A stretch of 64,000 nt of DNA from sequence record MG592456.1; one strand, 5' to 3'. Below the pieces are notes generated by a model that did not search any database, was not told where the DNA came from, and saw nothing but the letters and a program-made list of their open reading frames with translations. Shown piece by piece: positions 8,450 to 19,835 of this stretch (position 1 is the stretch's first letter; each line of letters starts with the position of its first letter). The translations under genes and the position numbers were made by a program.

Positions 8450-9486
8450 AAGTTGCATTTATAGGCGACACACATATCGGCATTCGTGATGACGATCTGT
8501 GGATTCAAGCATATCAGAAAAAATTCTTCGAGTTCTGCTTTGCGGAAATGGAAGCGCGTGGTGTTGATAAGATAGTACAGACGGGCGATTGGTTTGATGT
8601 TCGTCGTGGTCTATCTCAAGACACATTGAAATTTCAACGTGAAGTCTTGAACCCGATGTTTAACAAGTATGAAACTCATGTACTCGTCGGGAATCATGAT
8701 GCTCACTTGAGAGAATCATTGACCCCTAATTCATGTACTGAAGTTTTAGGTCAGCATGGCTACTATGTCATCCATCAATCGCCATCGACGGTCGACTTTG
8801 ATGGTGTTAAACTCGACATCATCCCATGGATTTGTAAAGAAAACGAAGCTGAGGTTGCCGAGTTCATTGAAAATTCAACTAGTGAATACTGTGTAGGTCA
8901 CTTTGAATTAAATGGATTTGAGTTCCATAAGGGTCAGAAAGCGACGGGTTGTCTTGATTCTGGCTTCTTGAAGGGTTACAAGCAAGTTTGGTCTGGTCAC
9001 TTCCACACTCAATCTGATGCTGGTAATATTCGCTATCTCGGTACACCGTATACGCTAACGCTCGGTGATGCTGATGACAAACGTGGATTCTGGATTTTCG
9101 ACACTGAAACTCATGAAATGGAGTTTATTGAAAACCCTGATTGTTGGCACACCAAGATGTATTTTGATGCTGCTACGTTTGACACGAAGACAATTGATTC
9201 ATACGCTAATAAAAACGTTAAAATCATTGTGGAGCGTCGTTCGTGTGATACTCGAAAGATCTCTTTTGATGTAGTCGAAGATCGAATTGCAAGTATTGCT
9301 CATGCTTGTCAAACTTTAGACGAACTGGACATTATCTCAGATGTGTCGAATGATGTCAAATCGATCAAAGATATTAATGAATACGTGGCTGACTATGCGG
9401 ATACGCTTGAAGAGTCGACTGAAGTTCGCGAAAAGATTAAAGTGATCTTTGCTGCCCTACGTAATGAAGCCTTGGAGAACGCATAA
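8446..9486 (+). CDS. 47: Recombination nuclease subunit gp47 (Mre11/SbcD-like)
   Basis: GDTHIG, GDWFD, GNHD, GHFH; start re-assigned to ATG 8446. Confidence 0.95.
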   Translation: MKVAFIGDTHIGIRDDDLWIQAYQKKFFEFCFAEMEARGVDKIVQTGDWFDVRRGLSQDTLKFQREVLNPMFNKYETHVLVGNHDAHLRESLTPNSCTEVLGQHGYYVIHQSPSTVDFDGVKLDIIPWICKENEAEVAEFIENSTSEYCVGHFELNGFEFHKGQKATGCLDSGFLKGYKQVWSGHFHTQSDAGNIRYLGTPYTLTLGDADDKRGFWIFDTETHEMEFIENPDCWHTKMYFDAATFDTKTIDSYANKNVKIIVERRSCDTRKISFDVVEDRIASIAHACQTLDELDIISDVSNDVKSIKDINEYVADYADTLEESTEVREKIKVIFAALRNEALENA

Positions 9487-11717
9487 TGATTCGGTTCAAA
9501 GATGTGACATATAGTAATATTATGTCTGTTGGTAATACGCCAATTACAGTTGATCTCGCAGCGTGGAATAAGACGTTGATTACAGGCACGAATGGTGCTG
9601 GTAAGTCTACATTCATTGAGGCTGTTTGTTACGCGCTATACGGTAAGCCGTTTCGTGATATCAAAAAGACTCAAATTGTAAACTGTGTCAACAAGAAAAA
9701 GATGCTAGTTGAGATTAATTTCCAAGACAATAAGCACGTTTACAAGGTGATTCGTGGCATTAAGCCAAACAAATTCGAAATCTGGAAAGATGATGAGTTA
9801 ATTCCTCAAGACGCATCGACGGCTGAGTATCAAGCAAGACTCGAAAAGAACATTTTGCAAATGAGCTTGAGTACGTTCAAGCAGATTGCAGTACTAGGAA
9901 CCGCGGGTTTCACACCATTCATGCTACTTCCAGCGGCTAAACGTCGTGAAATTGTCGAAGATCTACTGGATATCGGCATTTTCAGTGACATGGCAGCGTT
10001 GAACAAAATTGAGCAGAAAAAGCTCAATGAGAAAATCAAAGACACTGAAGCAGATATCGAAAAGCGAATGAGTGAACTTAGACTACACGTCGAGTTCCAA
10101 AAAGAGCAAAAAGAAAATCGTGATGGTGATTTGCAGCTTCTTGAAGATCGCAAGGCAACTGCTGAAAAAGACCTGAGTGCGCTCAATGAGCCGATGTCAT
10201 GTGCTGAAGAACAGATTTTTGCTGATACGAAGGTGTTGAAAGAACTGGAAAGCACTCTTGCTGCGTCTCTAGCCGCTGCTAAAGAGCTTCAATTGATTGC
10301 GGGTACACTTTTAACTGACAAGCACAATGCGCTTGTCACAGAGCTAGACACGAAGCATACGACGATCATGCATGACCTTAGTGTATTGCAAACGACCGAA
10401 CAAAATGCCATGGACTCATTGCACGAAGACGAGTTGCTTGAAAAAGATCGTGAAAATGCGCAGAAAGTTGTAGATCATGACGCTGAAACGAGTGATAATA
10501 CTCCAGCGAAGAACGACGATGAAATCGGCGAGTTATCAGCGACTATCATGTCGAACAAAATGGAACTGGGTAAGCTCAAAGAAAACCGTAAGTTCTATGA
10601 AGATCACACTGATTGTCCATGTCCGACTTGTCACCAAAGCATTTCAGCGAAATTTGCCGGTGAGTTCTTAGAACTTGCAAACAAACAGATTGATGAAATG
10701 ACGGCAGAGACGAATGCGGCAGGTAAAGCGCTTAAAGCTGCTATGGCAGATAAAGCTGCTCGTAAAACGTATATTGAAGACCGTGCTAACGACCGTAGAT
10801 TGTTGGAAACATCTAACAGCGCTGACCGGGCTACATTAGTTAAGTCTCATGCTGCTGCTAGACGTGCGATGATTGACAGTCAACAACTTGCTACATCGAC
10901 TGCACGCGCGGCTAATAACTCTGAAATGGACGAGCTTCGTGCAGTCAATTTGAGTGAGATAACGGCTCTTCGTGAAGAACATGCTGCAACTAATGAAGCC
11001 ATCACCACTGCTGACGTGAAAACGCGCACTGAAATCGCTGAGTGTATTGCAAACGATCGGGCTGAACTTGCTACTATGACAGCAAATTCGACTAGTTTGA
11101 CTCGTACAATTGCTACAATAGAAGCAGATCTGGCAGATGTTAAGATGAAGGCTAGCGCGGAAGACCGTTCTGAATTGATTAAGTCTCTTACGAAAGAAGT
11201 TAAGGACGTGAAATCGGCTTTAGCAGTCGACATGCAGACCAAGCACTGTCGTAATATTGTCGGTACGCTGTTGAAAGATGATGGTGTGAAATCGATGATT
11301 GTTCGTCAATACATCCCGATGATCAACAAGTACATCAATGAGTATTTGAAGACAATGGGCGCAAACTATAACTTTGTCCTTGATGAAGAGTTCAACGAGA
11401 CGATTAAGTCACGTGGACGCGATGATTTCAGTTATACGTCATTCAGTCAAGGTGAACGTTGTCGTATTGATTTGGCATTGTTGTTCTCTTTCCGAGATTT
11501 GGTAAGTGCTCGAACGGGTTCAATGACTAACTTGCTAGTATTCGATGAAATCTTAGATGGTCCAAGCGACGTAGATGCAGTCGAAGCATTCAACATGATT
11601 CTGGACAACGTTGATTCAAACGTATTCGTAATCTCCCACAGTGATAAGCACGATCAATCGTCTTATGACAAACACATTAATTTTGTCAAAAAAGGCAACT
11701 TTACAAGAGAATCCTAA
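9486..11717 (+). CDS. 46: Recombination ATPase gp46 (Rad50/SbcC-like)
   Basis: GTNGAGKS, CPCPTC zinc hook, FSQGE, VFDE, VISH. Confidence 0.95.
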   Translation: MIRFKDVTYSNIMSVGNTPITVDLAAWNKTLITGTNGAGKSTFIEAVCYALYGKPFRDIKKTQIVNCVNKKKMLVEINFQDNKHVYKVIRGIKPNKFEIWKDDELIPQDASTAEYQARLEKNILQMSLSTFKQIAVLGTAGFTPFMLLPAAKRREIVEDLLDIGIFSDMAALNKIEQKKLNEKIKDTEADIEKRMSELRLHVEFQKEQKENRDGDLQLLEDRKATAEKDLSALNEPMSCAEEQIFADTKVLKELESTLAASLAAAKELQLIAGTLLTDKHNALVTELDTKHTTIMHDLSVLQTTEQNAMDSLHEDELLEKDRENAQKVVDHDAETSDNTPAKNDDEIGELSATIMSNKMELGKLKENRKFYEDHTDCPCPTCHQSISAKFAGEFLELANKQIDEMTAETNAAGKALKAAMADKAARKTYIEDRANDRRLLETSNSADRATLVKSHAAARRAMIDSQQLATSTARAANNSEMDELRAVNLSEITALREEHAATNEAITTADVKTRTEIAECIANDRAELATMTANSTSLTRTIATIEADLADVKMKASAEDRSELIKSLTKEVKDVKSALAVDMQTKHCRNIVGTLLKDDGVKSMIVRQYIPMINKYINEYLKTMGANYNFVLDEEFNETIKSRGRDDFSYTSFSQGERCRIDLALLFSFRDLVSARTGSMTNLLVFDEILDGPSDVDAVEAFNMILDNVDSNVFVISHSDKHDQSSYDKHINFVKKGNFTRES

Positions 11718-12160
11718 TGAAAATAGTCCCTATGACAGTGGACTTCAGCCGAGATATTTACACGATGTGTGAATATCTCATTAAGGTTGATGCATATCCA
11801 AATTGTCCCGAAGTAAAAATCGGTCGATTCATGCTTGGAAGAGCAACTGGCCACACCACCGCGGTTATCGCTGCTGCTGAACGTCTCAGAAGTGAAGGTA
11901 AAGTCGTACACCTTGTGCTGCATACAAGTACACTGACTCGCGAACTGCGACATCACGCTGACAATTTCAGCCTGAATTCGTATAGCGTTGATGTGATGCA
12001 CGGGTGTCGTGAGAGCTGCGTACCTGATATTATCATATTTGATACGTGGACGTGTATGCAGCGTGGAAATCACAGGAAAGCGGATGAGATCGAAACTCAT
12101 ATGCTCCCTGCATTGCATTCACATTTTAAGAAAAAAACTGCAATGTTATTCGTTCAATAA
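11717..12160 (+). CDS. Hypothetical protein (degenerate P-loop-like GRATGHTT)
   Basis: TAATG coupling to gp46. Confidence 0.6.
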   Translation: MKIVPMTVDFSRDIYTMCEYLIKVDAYPNCPEVKIGRFMLGRATGHTTAVIAAAERLRSEGKVVHLVLHTSTLTRELRHHADNFSLNSYSVDVMHGCRESCVPDIIIFDTWTCMQRGNHRKADEIETHMLPALHSHFKKKTAMLFVQ

Positions 12161-12161
12161 G

Positions 12162-12190
12162 TTTAAAACTTTAAATACTAGTGCTAAAAT
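12162..12190 (+). promoter_or_regulatory. GTTTA-class promoter with inverted repeat over -10
   Basis: (G)TTTAAA-17-TAAAAT; GTGCTAA/TTAGCAC 12181-12196. Confidence 0.6.
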
Positions 12191-12214
12191 TAGCACAGCT
12201 TTTGAGGAAACAAC

Positions 12215-12424
12215 ATGAACTTAGATAATCACGTGTCAATGCCTGATGTAAAACATTGGGTTATAATCGACTCATTCACTGGCGAAGAAAAGATTCTGCC
12301 TGAGTCTCAACTTAAAGAAGCGTTCTCACCTGACCGATGGTTGAAAATCACTTCTGGGCTAGACGACTACTTTACAGCTTACGAGTATAATTACGATTTT
12401 AAAGCTCGTAGCTTTAAACTTTAA
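12215..12424 (+). CDS. Small protein, positional and size equivalent of T4 45.2
   Basis: Between 46 and 45; GAGG RBS. Confidence 0.55.
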   Translation: MNLDNHVSMPDVKHWVIIDSFTGEEKILPESQLKEAFSPDRWLKITSGLDDYFTAYEYNYDFKARSFKL

Positions 12425-12461
12425 CTGAACAATATATCATAACAATTCTGAAGGTAAAATA

Positions 12462-13127
12462 ATGAAAATTAACAAGTCTACAATCGAAGTATTAAAGAAC
12501 TTTGCTGGTATCAACAACGGCATGGTAATCCATGCGGGTAATCGTCTACGTACACAAGATAATCTAAACAAGCAAATCGCATATGCTGACATCGAAGATT
12601 CATTTCCTGCTGAATTCGCAGTGTATGATCTGGGTGAATTCTTGAGCGCATTGGCGTTGCTTGAAAACGCAGAACTCGATTTCAAAGAGAGCTATGTGCT
12701 TGTTACGGGTGATGGTGGTACTAAGCTGACATTCCAGTATGCAAACGCTGAATTCGTAACCGAAGCGCCAGATAAAGTCAACTTCCCGACCGACTTGGCT
12801 GGTGGTGCGGACTTTGACTTGAAGGGCGAAGATTTACAGCGCGTCAAGAAAGCGTCGGCGACGCTTGGTCTTTCTGACATCTGTGTTCGCACTGAAGTTG
12901 GAAGTGCGGATATCATTCTATCTGCTACTGATGCACAAGGCACAAGTAAGCACACGTTCGAAATTGTTGTGGGTACGGCTGCGGAAGACGATGAACACAA
13001 ATTCTTCTTCAAGTCAGAGCGTTTGAACATCGTTGACCAAGACTACAAGGTGCAGATTCACCCGGCTGGGATTTCTCGCTTTACCGGTCTTTCGATTGAA
13101 TATTTCATCGCGACTGAGTGTTTATAA
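12462..13127 (+). CDS. 45: Sliding clamp gp45
   Basis: MKINKSTIEVLKNFAGIN, FAVYDLGEFLS; synteny. Confidence 0.92.
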   Translation: MKINKSTIEVLKNFAGINNGMVIHAGNRLRTQDNLNKQIAYADIEDSFPAEFAVYDLGEFLSALALLENAELDFKESYVLVTGDGGTKLTFQYANAEFVTEAPDKVNFPTDLAGGADFDLKGEDLQRVKKASATLGLSDICVRTEVGSADIILSATDAQGTSKHTFEIVVGTAAEDDEHKFFFKSERLNIVDQDYKVQIHPAGISRFTGLSIEYFIATECL

Positions 13128-13143
13128 AATCATTCATGTGCTT

Positions 13144-13167
13144 GGGGCTTAATCAGCCCCTTTTTTT
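13144..13167 (+). terminator. Intrinsic terminator
   Basis: GGGGCT-TAATC-AGCCCC plus T-run. Confidence 0.8.
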
Positions 13168-13193
13168 GACTAAATTATAATGGGAAATACACA

Positions 13194-14150
13194 ATGGCAA
13201 TCGCATCAGTAGCAAATGAACTTCTTTGGGAACAAAAATATCGTCCTGTCTCAATCAAAGACTGCGTTTTACCCGAACGAGTTCGTAAAATATTCACTAA
13301 GATGGTAGACGACGAGCAAATTCCGAACATGCTTTTGACTAGTTCATCACCTGGAACAGGTAAAACTACGGTTGCACGTGCCGTACTTGCCGACATGGGT
13401 TATGATGTGTTATTCGTCAATGCATCAGCCGACAACGGGATTGGGTTCATCAGAGATCGACTACCGGCATTCTGTTCAACTGTATCATTCTCGGGTAAGC
13501 CGAAAGCGGTCATTCTAGATGAAGCAGATAACATGTCTGTTGACGCACAAAAAGCACTGCGCGGCATGATTGAGCAATACAGTAAAAACGTTCGTTTCAT
13601 TTTAACGTGCAACTACGCACAAAAAATCTTAGGTCCGATTCGTTCACGTCTGCAAGAATTTGAGTTTGTATACAGCAAAGAAGAGCAATTATCTTGCATC
13701 AAGCAAATGATTGTGCGTTCTATGCATATCTGCAAGCAGGAAGGCATTCCGGTTCAAAACGCGATGGTTCTAAAAGAGCTAGTGAAACGCAATTATCCTG
13801 ATAACCGCAAATGCATCGTTTCACTGCAAAATTATTCACGCAATGGTGTCATTGATGAAGGTATTTTGTCAGAAATCACGGCAAACGATGATATCTCGAA
13901 AATGATTTCAGCGCTGAAAACGAATGATTTTAAAGCGGTTAGAGCACTGATTCCGAACTACACTGGCGACCTTGCAGCATTTTTACACAATCTATACAAA
14001 GCTGCATACACGGATTTAGATCCAAATAGCATTCCCGTTTTCATTCAGATTGTAGGTGAAGCGAACAACAACGCAACATCGTGCATCGATACTGAAATCT
14101 TACTGGCGTACACGCTTGTGCAAATCATGCTTGAGTGTAAGTTCGTATAG
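13194..14150 (+). CDS. 44: Clamp loader large subunit gp44
   Basis: LWEQKYRP, PGTGKTT, ILDEAD, IRSRL. Confidence 0.95.
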   Translation: MAIASVANELLWEQKYRPVSIKDCVLPERVRKIFTKMVDDEQIPNMLLTSSSPGTGKTTVARAVLADMGYDVLFVNASADNGIGFIRDRLPAFCSTVSFSGKPKAVILDEADNMSVDAQKALRGMIEQYSKNVRFILTCNYAQKILGPIRSRLQEFEFVYSKEEQLSCIKQMIVRSMHICKQEGIPVQNAMVLKELVKRNYPDNRKCIVSLQNYSRNGVIDEGILSEITANDDISKMISALKTNDFKAVRALIPNYTGDLAAFLHNLYKAAYTDLDPNSIPVFIQIVGEANNNATSCIDTEILLAYTLVQIMLECKFV

Positions 14151-14158
14151 GGGTGATT

Positions 14159-14656
14159 ATGGATATTTTTGAAATGTTGGCAAAAGGTGAGGCGGCACAA
14201 GTCGCTCACGATGCCGAAGTGGCTGAAGATGAGTTGCTGGTCAAAAGTGCGAAGCGTAAGAAAATGTCTCCGTTCGATGCACTAACTGGCATTACCATGA
14301 AGAAATATGGGTTGAACTTACCGGAAGATGTTCGTGATTACGAAGGTGTGAAGTTCATGGTCAATCGTGGTCTGTCGCAAGAAGTTGATACACTCGTTCA
14401 TGCTTATATCATGTCGACTAGTGGCGCGAATCTACCACCCGAAATGCATTATGATTACTATTATCATGCGGTTCGAAAGGGTAAGCGATACACGAAGTGG
14501 GCTAAGGCAGACAAGTATGAGAATGTCGACTTAATCATTGAGATTTATCAAGTTAGTAAGCCAAAGGCAATTGCCATCCTTGATCGTCTTACTGACGAAG
14601 ACTTGACCCGTCTTGTGACTTGGTATGAGTCAAGATCGGGGGGCTTAACACGATAA
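14159..14656 (+). CDS. 62: Clamp loader small subunit gp62
   Basis: FMVNRGLS, HYDYYYHAVRKGKRYTKWAK; synteny. Confidence 0.85.
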   Translation: MDIFEMLAKGEAAQVAHDAEVAEDELLVKSAKRKKMSPFDALTGITMKKYGLNLPEDVRDYEGVKFMVNRGLSQEVDTLVHAYIMSTSGANLPPEMHYDYYYHAVRKGKRYTKWAKADKYENVDLIIEIYQVSKPKAIAILDRLTDEDLTRLVTWYESRSGGLTR

Positions 14657-14689
14657 TAAATACTGTTTTATTGCTGTTGAGATTTAATC

Positions 14690-15070
14690 ATGGATATTAT
14701 AAACAAACTAAAGGTTCAGCTTGTCGATGACGAGTCGTTTCTGAAAATTAGAGAAACGCTGACGCGAATCGGCATTGCGAACAACAAGACCAGTACTTTG
14801 TATCAGTCTTGTCATATACTCCAGAAGCGTGGTGTTTACTACCTCGTCCATTTTAAGGAGCTGCTAGCCCTTGATGGTCGTTGTGTCGAGATCACATCCG
14901 AAGACATTGAACGTCGAAACAACATAGCGAAGCTGCTCGAAGACTGGGGATTGTGTGTTATTGCACATCCGGAATCTCACGATTTTTCGGGTGATAATAA
15001 ATTTCGCATTATCTCTTTCCGTGAGTCGAAGGACTGGACACTCAGATATAAGTACAAAATAGGCGGGTAA
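14690..15070 (+). CDS. regA: Translational repressor RegA
   Basis: FLKIRETLTRIGIAN, LYQSCHILQKRG.YYLVHFKEL. Confidence 0.97.
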   Translation: MDIINKLKVQLVDDESFLKIRETLTRIGIANNKTSTLYQSCHILQKRGVYYLVHFKELLALDGRCVEITSEDIERRNNIAKLLEDWGLCVIAHPESHDFSGDNKFRIISFRESKDWTLRYKYKIGG

Positions 15071-15195
15071 CTATGATCACAAACGAAGAACTATGGGATT
15101 AATTAATATGATTATTAGACCAGTTCACATTGATGAGCACGACCGTGGTGGATTTTGCGGTGATGACCAAGGTTTAGACTACTTGAGTTGATATT

Positions 15196-15217
15196 AGGGG
15201 CTTTCGGGCCCTTTTTT
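15196..15217 (+). terminator. Intrinsic terminator (UUCG loop)
   Basis: AGGGGCT-TTCG-GGCCC-T6 with G-U pairs. Confidence 0.75.
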
Positions 15218-15231
15218 GAGGGAAATATATT

Positions 15232-15753
15232 ATGAATGACCAACAATTTAAAGAACAATTAGAAAAGGGTGGTAAGTTCGAAGATGCCGCTGAGCCGTTA
15301 ATTGCTAGACTGTTCACTCGTCAAGATGAACACGCAATGATCATCAACACTGCCACTTCCAAAACAGATCAAAAACATAAACGCGGTCAGCGTCTTATGT
15401 ACTGCCAAGACACATCCGCTAGTTACATGCTCCCTGACGTATTCATTTTCTCTAACGGGAAACAGCTCTGCATCGAAATCAAATACAAAAACAAATTTTA
15501 CCGACACACCGATGGTGAACTGTATGGGTACATCGACACGTACAAAGTCGAAGAGTACGAAGAAGCCGTCAAGAAGATGGGTTTTGATGGGATTTACTAC
15601 GTGTTTGGTGAGAAAACGGACCGTAATGTGTATTTCGGTAGTCCAGTTCAGGCAGTCGACATGGTAATTCCTCAATTTGCTGAATATAAGAACCCAAAGG
15701 GATTGTTTAATTGCTGGAAAATTTCTGAATTGCATACAATCGGGAAATGGTAG
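15232..15753 (+). CDS. PD-(D/E)XK-type nuclease-like protein
   Basis: GGKFED, LPDVFIF, CIEIKYK. Confidence 0.65.
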   Translation: MNDQQFKEQLEKGGKFEDAAEPLIARLFTRQDEHAMIINTATSKTDQKHKRGQRLMYCQDTSASYMLPDVFIFSNGKQLCIEIKYKNKFYRHTDGELYGYIDTYKVEEYEEAVKKMGFDGIYYVFGEKTDRNVYFGSPVQAVDMVIPQFAEYKNPKGLFNCWKISELHTIGKW

Positions 15754-15782
15754 TTTAATCATAAGCATATCTTTGTTATCAT
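15754..15782 (+). promoter_or_regulatory. GTTTA-class promoter for gp43
   Basis: (G)TTTAAT-17-TATCAT. Confidence 0.6.
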
Positions 15783-15822
15783 TCATATCGAAGCATATTT
15801 AAAATACAGCGAAAGGAATATC

Positions 15823-18381
15823 ATGGCAATTTATACATCAGTCGAACGAATTGGGTCTAAACTTTGTGAGCGCTATGTCGATGACGACGGCAAAGAGCAT
15901 ATGAGGAAAGTCCCATATACGCCGACACTATTCATGCACTGCAACGAAGAAACAGGTTATACCGACATTTACGGGCGCAACTGTCGACCGAAGTTATTTG
16001 ATACGATGGGCGACGCAAGTCTTTATATGAAAGAAACGAAGCAATATCATGACGTACTTGGCATGGATGACTTCGTTGTATCGTATATCTCAGATGTTTA
16101 TAAAGATCGCAACTTCGATATGAAACAAATTCGCATCGCTAATATCGATATCGAGACGCCTTCTGTTGAATTCCCCGAAGCGAAAGACGCTCCTGTTCCA
16201 ATCACTTCGATTGGTCATTATGACAACATCGACGACATATTTTACGTGTATGGGATTCCGAGTAACTGTGAATGGTCACGCACTGCATCAAACGTCAAGC
16301 CTGAGTTGCTTGAAAAGACGGTGTACATTCGATGTGAAACCGAAAAAGAACTGTTGATCAAGTATCTGCAATTCTGGCGTGAGAAAACTCCTGCAATCGT
16401 TACTGGGTGGAACATTGAATCGTTCGATATGCCATACATTGTCAATCGATACAAGAACCTATTCGGTGAAAAGGTGATGAACAGCTTATCTCCTTGGGGT
16501 AAAGTTCATATTTCAAACACAGTGAACGACTACGGTCAAGAAATCTGTAAAGTCAACATCGTTGGCGTGTCGGAGCTTGATTACATTCAGTTGTATAAGA
16601 AATTCACTTACATCACTCGCCCATCATATCGCTTAGATTACATTGGTGAAGTTGAACTAGGTGAAAATAAAGTTGAATTCTCTCAGGCGAACTATCTTGA
16701 TTTTTACAATGAAGATTATCAGACCTTTATTGATTACCAGATTCAAGACGTGAATCTAGTCAAACGACTGGACGAAAAGCTTCAATTGCTGATGCTGACT
16801 GTTACAATGGCGTATTACGCTGGGATTAACTATCAGACCGTTCTTGGGACAATCAAGCCGTGGGATGCCATCATCTTCAACTCTCTGAAGTTGCAGAAAA
16901 AGGTAGTTCCTATGATGCAGTCTCATGAAGGTGGTCGATTCATGGGTGCGTTTGTTAAAGCACCGCAGGTTGGATATCACCGTGGTATTGGCTCTTTCGA
17001 TTTTACGTCACTATACCCAAAAATCATTGGCGAATGTAACATTTCTCCTGAGACTATCGTGGATCAACTCGATTACAACGGTACATTAGAAGATAGAATT
17101 GACAAAATTGTCGATTATGCTGTATCATTTGAAGCAGATGAGTTGTCCAACAGTGCTAACGGCATGCAATATCGCAAAGACGCACTTGGTGTGATTCCCA
17201 TTGAAATTGACAAAGTATTCAATCAGCGTAAAGCGAACAAGAAGAAGTCATTCGAATACAAGAAACAAGCACTTGATCTCCAACATGCGATTGAGCGTGG
17301 TGAGCGTGAAGATGATGGCGCAGCACAAGCTGAGTTCGACGAGCTGATGCATCAATCAAAAGTATACGATGTTCAGCAAATGGCAAGAAAAATTTTAATT
17401 AACTCATTGTATGGTGCGTTGGGTAATCAGTACTTTAGATTCTATGATTTGCGTAATGCCGAAGCTGTTACAGCTTACGGTCAGCTTGCAATCAAATGGG
17501 TTGCTCGTGATGTAAATATCTGGCTGAACAAGGCATGCAAATCGACTGACGTTGACTACGTGATTTATGGCGATACCGATTCGATTTACGTGAATTTCGA
17601 CCCGTTACTTGAAAAACTTGGTATTAACAAGCTAGAAGGTGACAAATATACTGATAATTTCAGTAAAGTGTGTGAGACTGTTGAAGCGAAAGTGATCAAC
17701 CCGTCTTGTATCTCTCTGCATGAGTATATGAACACGTATCAGCGTGGTATGTTCATGGATCGTGAAGTTCTAGCACGTACTGGGTTCTTCTTAGCTAAGA
17801 AGCGTTACGCGCTCGACGTGCAAGATAACGAAGGCATTCGTGAGGGTAAGCTTAAAATCATGGGAATTGAAACCCAGCGTTCAAGTACCCCGCCACTTGC
17901 TCAAAAAGGGTTGAAAGAATCCATTCGATTGATTCTTCAGAAGGGTCAAGATGAACTTCAGACATACGTGAAAGGGTATGAGACCGAGTTCAAGCGTGCT
18001 CCATATCAAGAAATTTCATTCGTTTCGAGTGCTAATAACTTGAAGAAGTACTCTGATGCTAAGGGAAATCCCGGTAAAGGTTGTCCCGGGCACGTTAAAG
18101 GCGCGTTGTATTACAACAAACTTGCTGAACAGCACGGATTTGACAAGATCAACGAAGGTGATAAAATAGCGGTTGTGTTCTTGACTCGAAACAAGCATGA
18201 TATTGATCGCATTGCATACCCGAGTGGTGGCAAATTGCCTGATTCAATTTCATATTTGCTTGAGCACATCGATTACAATCGCTTGTACGATGAGAAGTTC
18301 ATCAAGCCACTATCGGGAATCTCAGACGCTATTAAGTGGGATTATAAGAAAACATTTACACTGGAGAGTTTCTTCGGTTAA
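15823..18381 (+). CDS. 43: Family B DNA polymerase gp43
   Basis: DIET exonuclease, [28 protein letters not shown]; C-terminus TLESFFG. Confidence 0.98.
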   Translation: MAIYTSVERIGSKLCERYVDDDGKEHMRKVPYTPTLFMHCNEETGYTDIYGRNCRPKLFDTMGDASLYMKETKQYHDVLGMDDFVVSYISDVYKDRNFDMKQIRIANIDIETPSVEFPEAKDAPVPITSIGHYDNIDDIFYVYGIPSNCEWSRTASNVKPELLEKTVYIRCETEKELLIKYLQFWREKTPAIVTGWNIESFDMPYIVNRYKNLFGEKVMNSLSPWGKVHISNTVNDYGQEICKVNIVGVSELDYIQLYKKFTYITRPSYRLDYIGEVELGENKVEFSQANYLDFYNEDYQTFIDYQIQDVNLVKRLDEKLQLLMLTVTMAYYAGINYQTVLGTIKPWDAIIFNSLKLQKKVVPMMQSHEGGRFMGAFVKAPQVGYHRGIGSFDFTSLYPKIIGECNISPETIVDQLDYNGTLEDRIDKIVDYAVSFEADELSNSANGMQYRKDALGVIPIEIDKVFNQRKANKKKSFEYKKQALDLQHAIERGEREDDGAAQAEFDELMHQSKVYDVQQMARKILINSLYGALGNQYFRFYDLRNAEAVTAYGQLAIKWVARDVNIWLNKACKSTDVDYVIYGDTDSIYVNFDPLLEKLGINKLEGDKYTDNFSKVCETVEAKVINPSCISLHEYMNTYQRGMFMDREVLARTGFFLAKKRYALDVQDNEGIREGKLKIMGIETQRSSTPPLAQKGLKESIRLILQKGQDELQTYVKGYETEFKRAPYQEISFVSSANNLKKYSDAKGNPGKGCPGHVKGALYYNKLAEQHGFDKINEGDKIAVVFLTRNKHDIDRIAYPSGGKLPDSISYLLEHIDYNRLYDEKFIKPLSGISDAIKWDYKKTFTLESFFG

Positions 18382-18387
18382 TTTAAA

Positions 18388-18414
18388 GAGCGGCAGAATC
18401 TGTCGCTCATTTTT
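18388..18414 (+). terminator. Intrinsic terminator
   Basis: GAGCGGCAG-AAT-CTGTCGCTC then ATTTTT. Confidence 0.7.
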
Positions 18415-18426
18415 GAGGAATACATC

Positions 18427-19581
18427 ATGTTGAACAAAGAAACAATCGAATTGTACTCGAACTTGATGGCATTGACTGCATCAGCGGAAGGTAAGTTCTA
18501 TTTCAACGACCACGTATCGCCGCAGGGTGAGACGTTCCGAGTGTTTGCATATCACATTGCATCATACTCAGATTGGTTGATCCCTGACGCGCTTGAAGCT
18601 CGTGGTATCATGTTCTTAATTGAGCCGGATGGTACATTGCTGGATATTGTGTCACGCCCAATGGAAAAATTCTTCAATCTGGGTGAAAATCCATTCACGA
18701 TGGGTCTGGATTTGACGAAAACTGTATCTTTAATGGATAAAGCTGATGGTTCGCTGATCAGCACGTACTTGACAGGTGACGTATTTGCGCTGAAGTCAAA
18801 GACCTCAATCTATTCAGAGCAAGCAGTTGCAGCAAATCGATACATTAAATTACGTGAACATCGTGATCTATGGGAATTCTGTGATGATTGTTCACAAGCA
18901 AAGTGGACAGTGAACATGGAATGGTGCTCACCTCTGAATCGCATTGTTCTTGAGTACACCGAGCCAAAGCTAATCATCTTGAATATTCGCCACAATATCA
19001 CCGGTGAGTACATGGATCTAGCCGACATCCCATCAGGGACGTTTTCGCGAGTTGCGAAGTATTTCGTCGATGAATTCGACCCGACTGTTGCACATGCTGA
19101 TGACTTTGTCGATGTATTGCGCGAAAAGAAAGGTATCGAAGGCATGATCGGTCGCTTGGAGAATGGTCTTTCTTACAAGATCAAGACTCAGTGGTATGTT
19201 GATTTGCATTGCCAGAAAGATTCTGTGAATGTTCCGAAGAAGTTGGTAACGACTATCTTGAACAACAATCACGATGACCTCTATGCATTGTTTGCAGATG
19301 ACAAGCCAACGATTACGCGCATTCAAGAGTTCGATTCGCATATCTCTGAGAGTTTGCGTGTTGCTCTACAAGACGTTGTTACGTATTACCGTGATAATCG
19401 TCATAAGAGCCGTAAAGACTTCGCTATCGACGGTCAGAAAGCGCTAGACCCATGGTTATTTGGTTCAGTTATGATTGCATATCAAAATCAGTCAACATCC
19501 GGTGTGTTTGAGAACCTGAAAACGATGTTTTTGAAGAAGCCAGAGTTATTAATCCCTGAAAAATATTTAAACGAGGTGTAA
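18427..19581 (+). CDS. rnlA: RNA ligase 1
   Basis: RPMEKFFNLGEN, KADGSLI, GIEG, KIKT.WY. Confidence 0.93.
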   Translation: MLNKETIELYSNLMALTASAEGKFYFNDHVSPQGETFRVFAYHIASYSDWLIPDALEARGIMFLIEPDGTLLDIVSRPMEKFFNLGENPFTMGLDLTKTVSLMDKADGSLISTYLTGDVFALKSKTSIYSEQAVAANRYIKLREHRDLWEFCDDCSQAKWTVNMEWCSPLNRIVLEYTEPKLIILNIRHNITGEYMDLADIPSGTFSRVAKYFVDEFDPTVAHADDFVDVLREKKGIEGMIGRLENGLSYKIKTQWYVDLHCQKDSVNVPKKLVTTILNNNHDDLYALFADDKPTITRIQEFDSHISESLRVALQDVVTYYRDNRHKSRKDFAIDGQKALDPWLFGSVMIAYQNQSTSGVFENLKTMFLKKPELLIPEKYLNEV

Positions 19582-19583
19582 TA

Positions 19584-19835
19584 ATGCAGGTTAATCAAGG
19601 CCAGCCAATGATGGACCCGAATCTATTTGTCACTAAGTTCAATGATGAATTCTTACCGAAACTGCAAGCTGCACTAGCTGCTGACTCGCGTGGGGGTCAA
19701 ATCACGTATGTTGGTAATAGTCGTTGTCCATCAGTGCAAGGTATAGACGTCGACATTGAAGACAAGAACGGAATAACGTCGTCATTTTACTTAGATCCAT
19801 TCACGTGGACGTTCTCCGCAGTGTTTAATCGCTGA
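19584..19835 (+). CDS. Hypothetical protein
   Basis: GAGG RBS, in operon. Confidence 0.65.
   Translation: MQVNQGQPMMDPNLFVTKFNDEFLPKLQAALAADSRGGQITYVGNSRCPSVQGIDVDIEDKNGITSSFYLDPFTWTFSAVFNR

Noticed and set aside
15073-15191. Two tiny ORFs (9 aa and 27 aa) after regA
   Set aside because: Too short, with weak initiation signals; cannot be supported
15298-15786. Minus-strand 162-aa ORF
   Set aside because: Overlaps the motif-bearing plus-strand nuclease gene; shadow ORF
15823-18381. Intron, intein or split in gp43
   Set aside because: Single continuous ORF of normal length with all motifs in order
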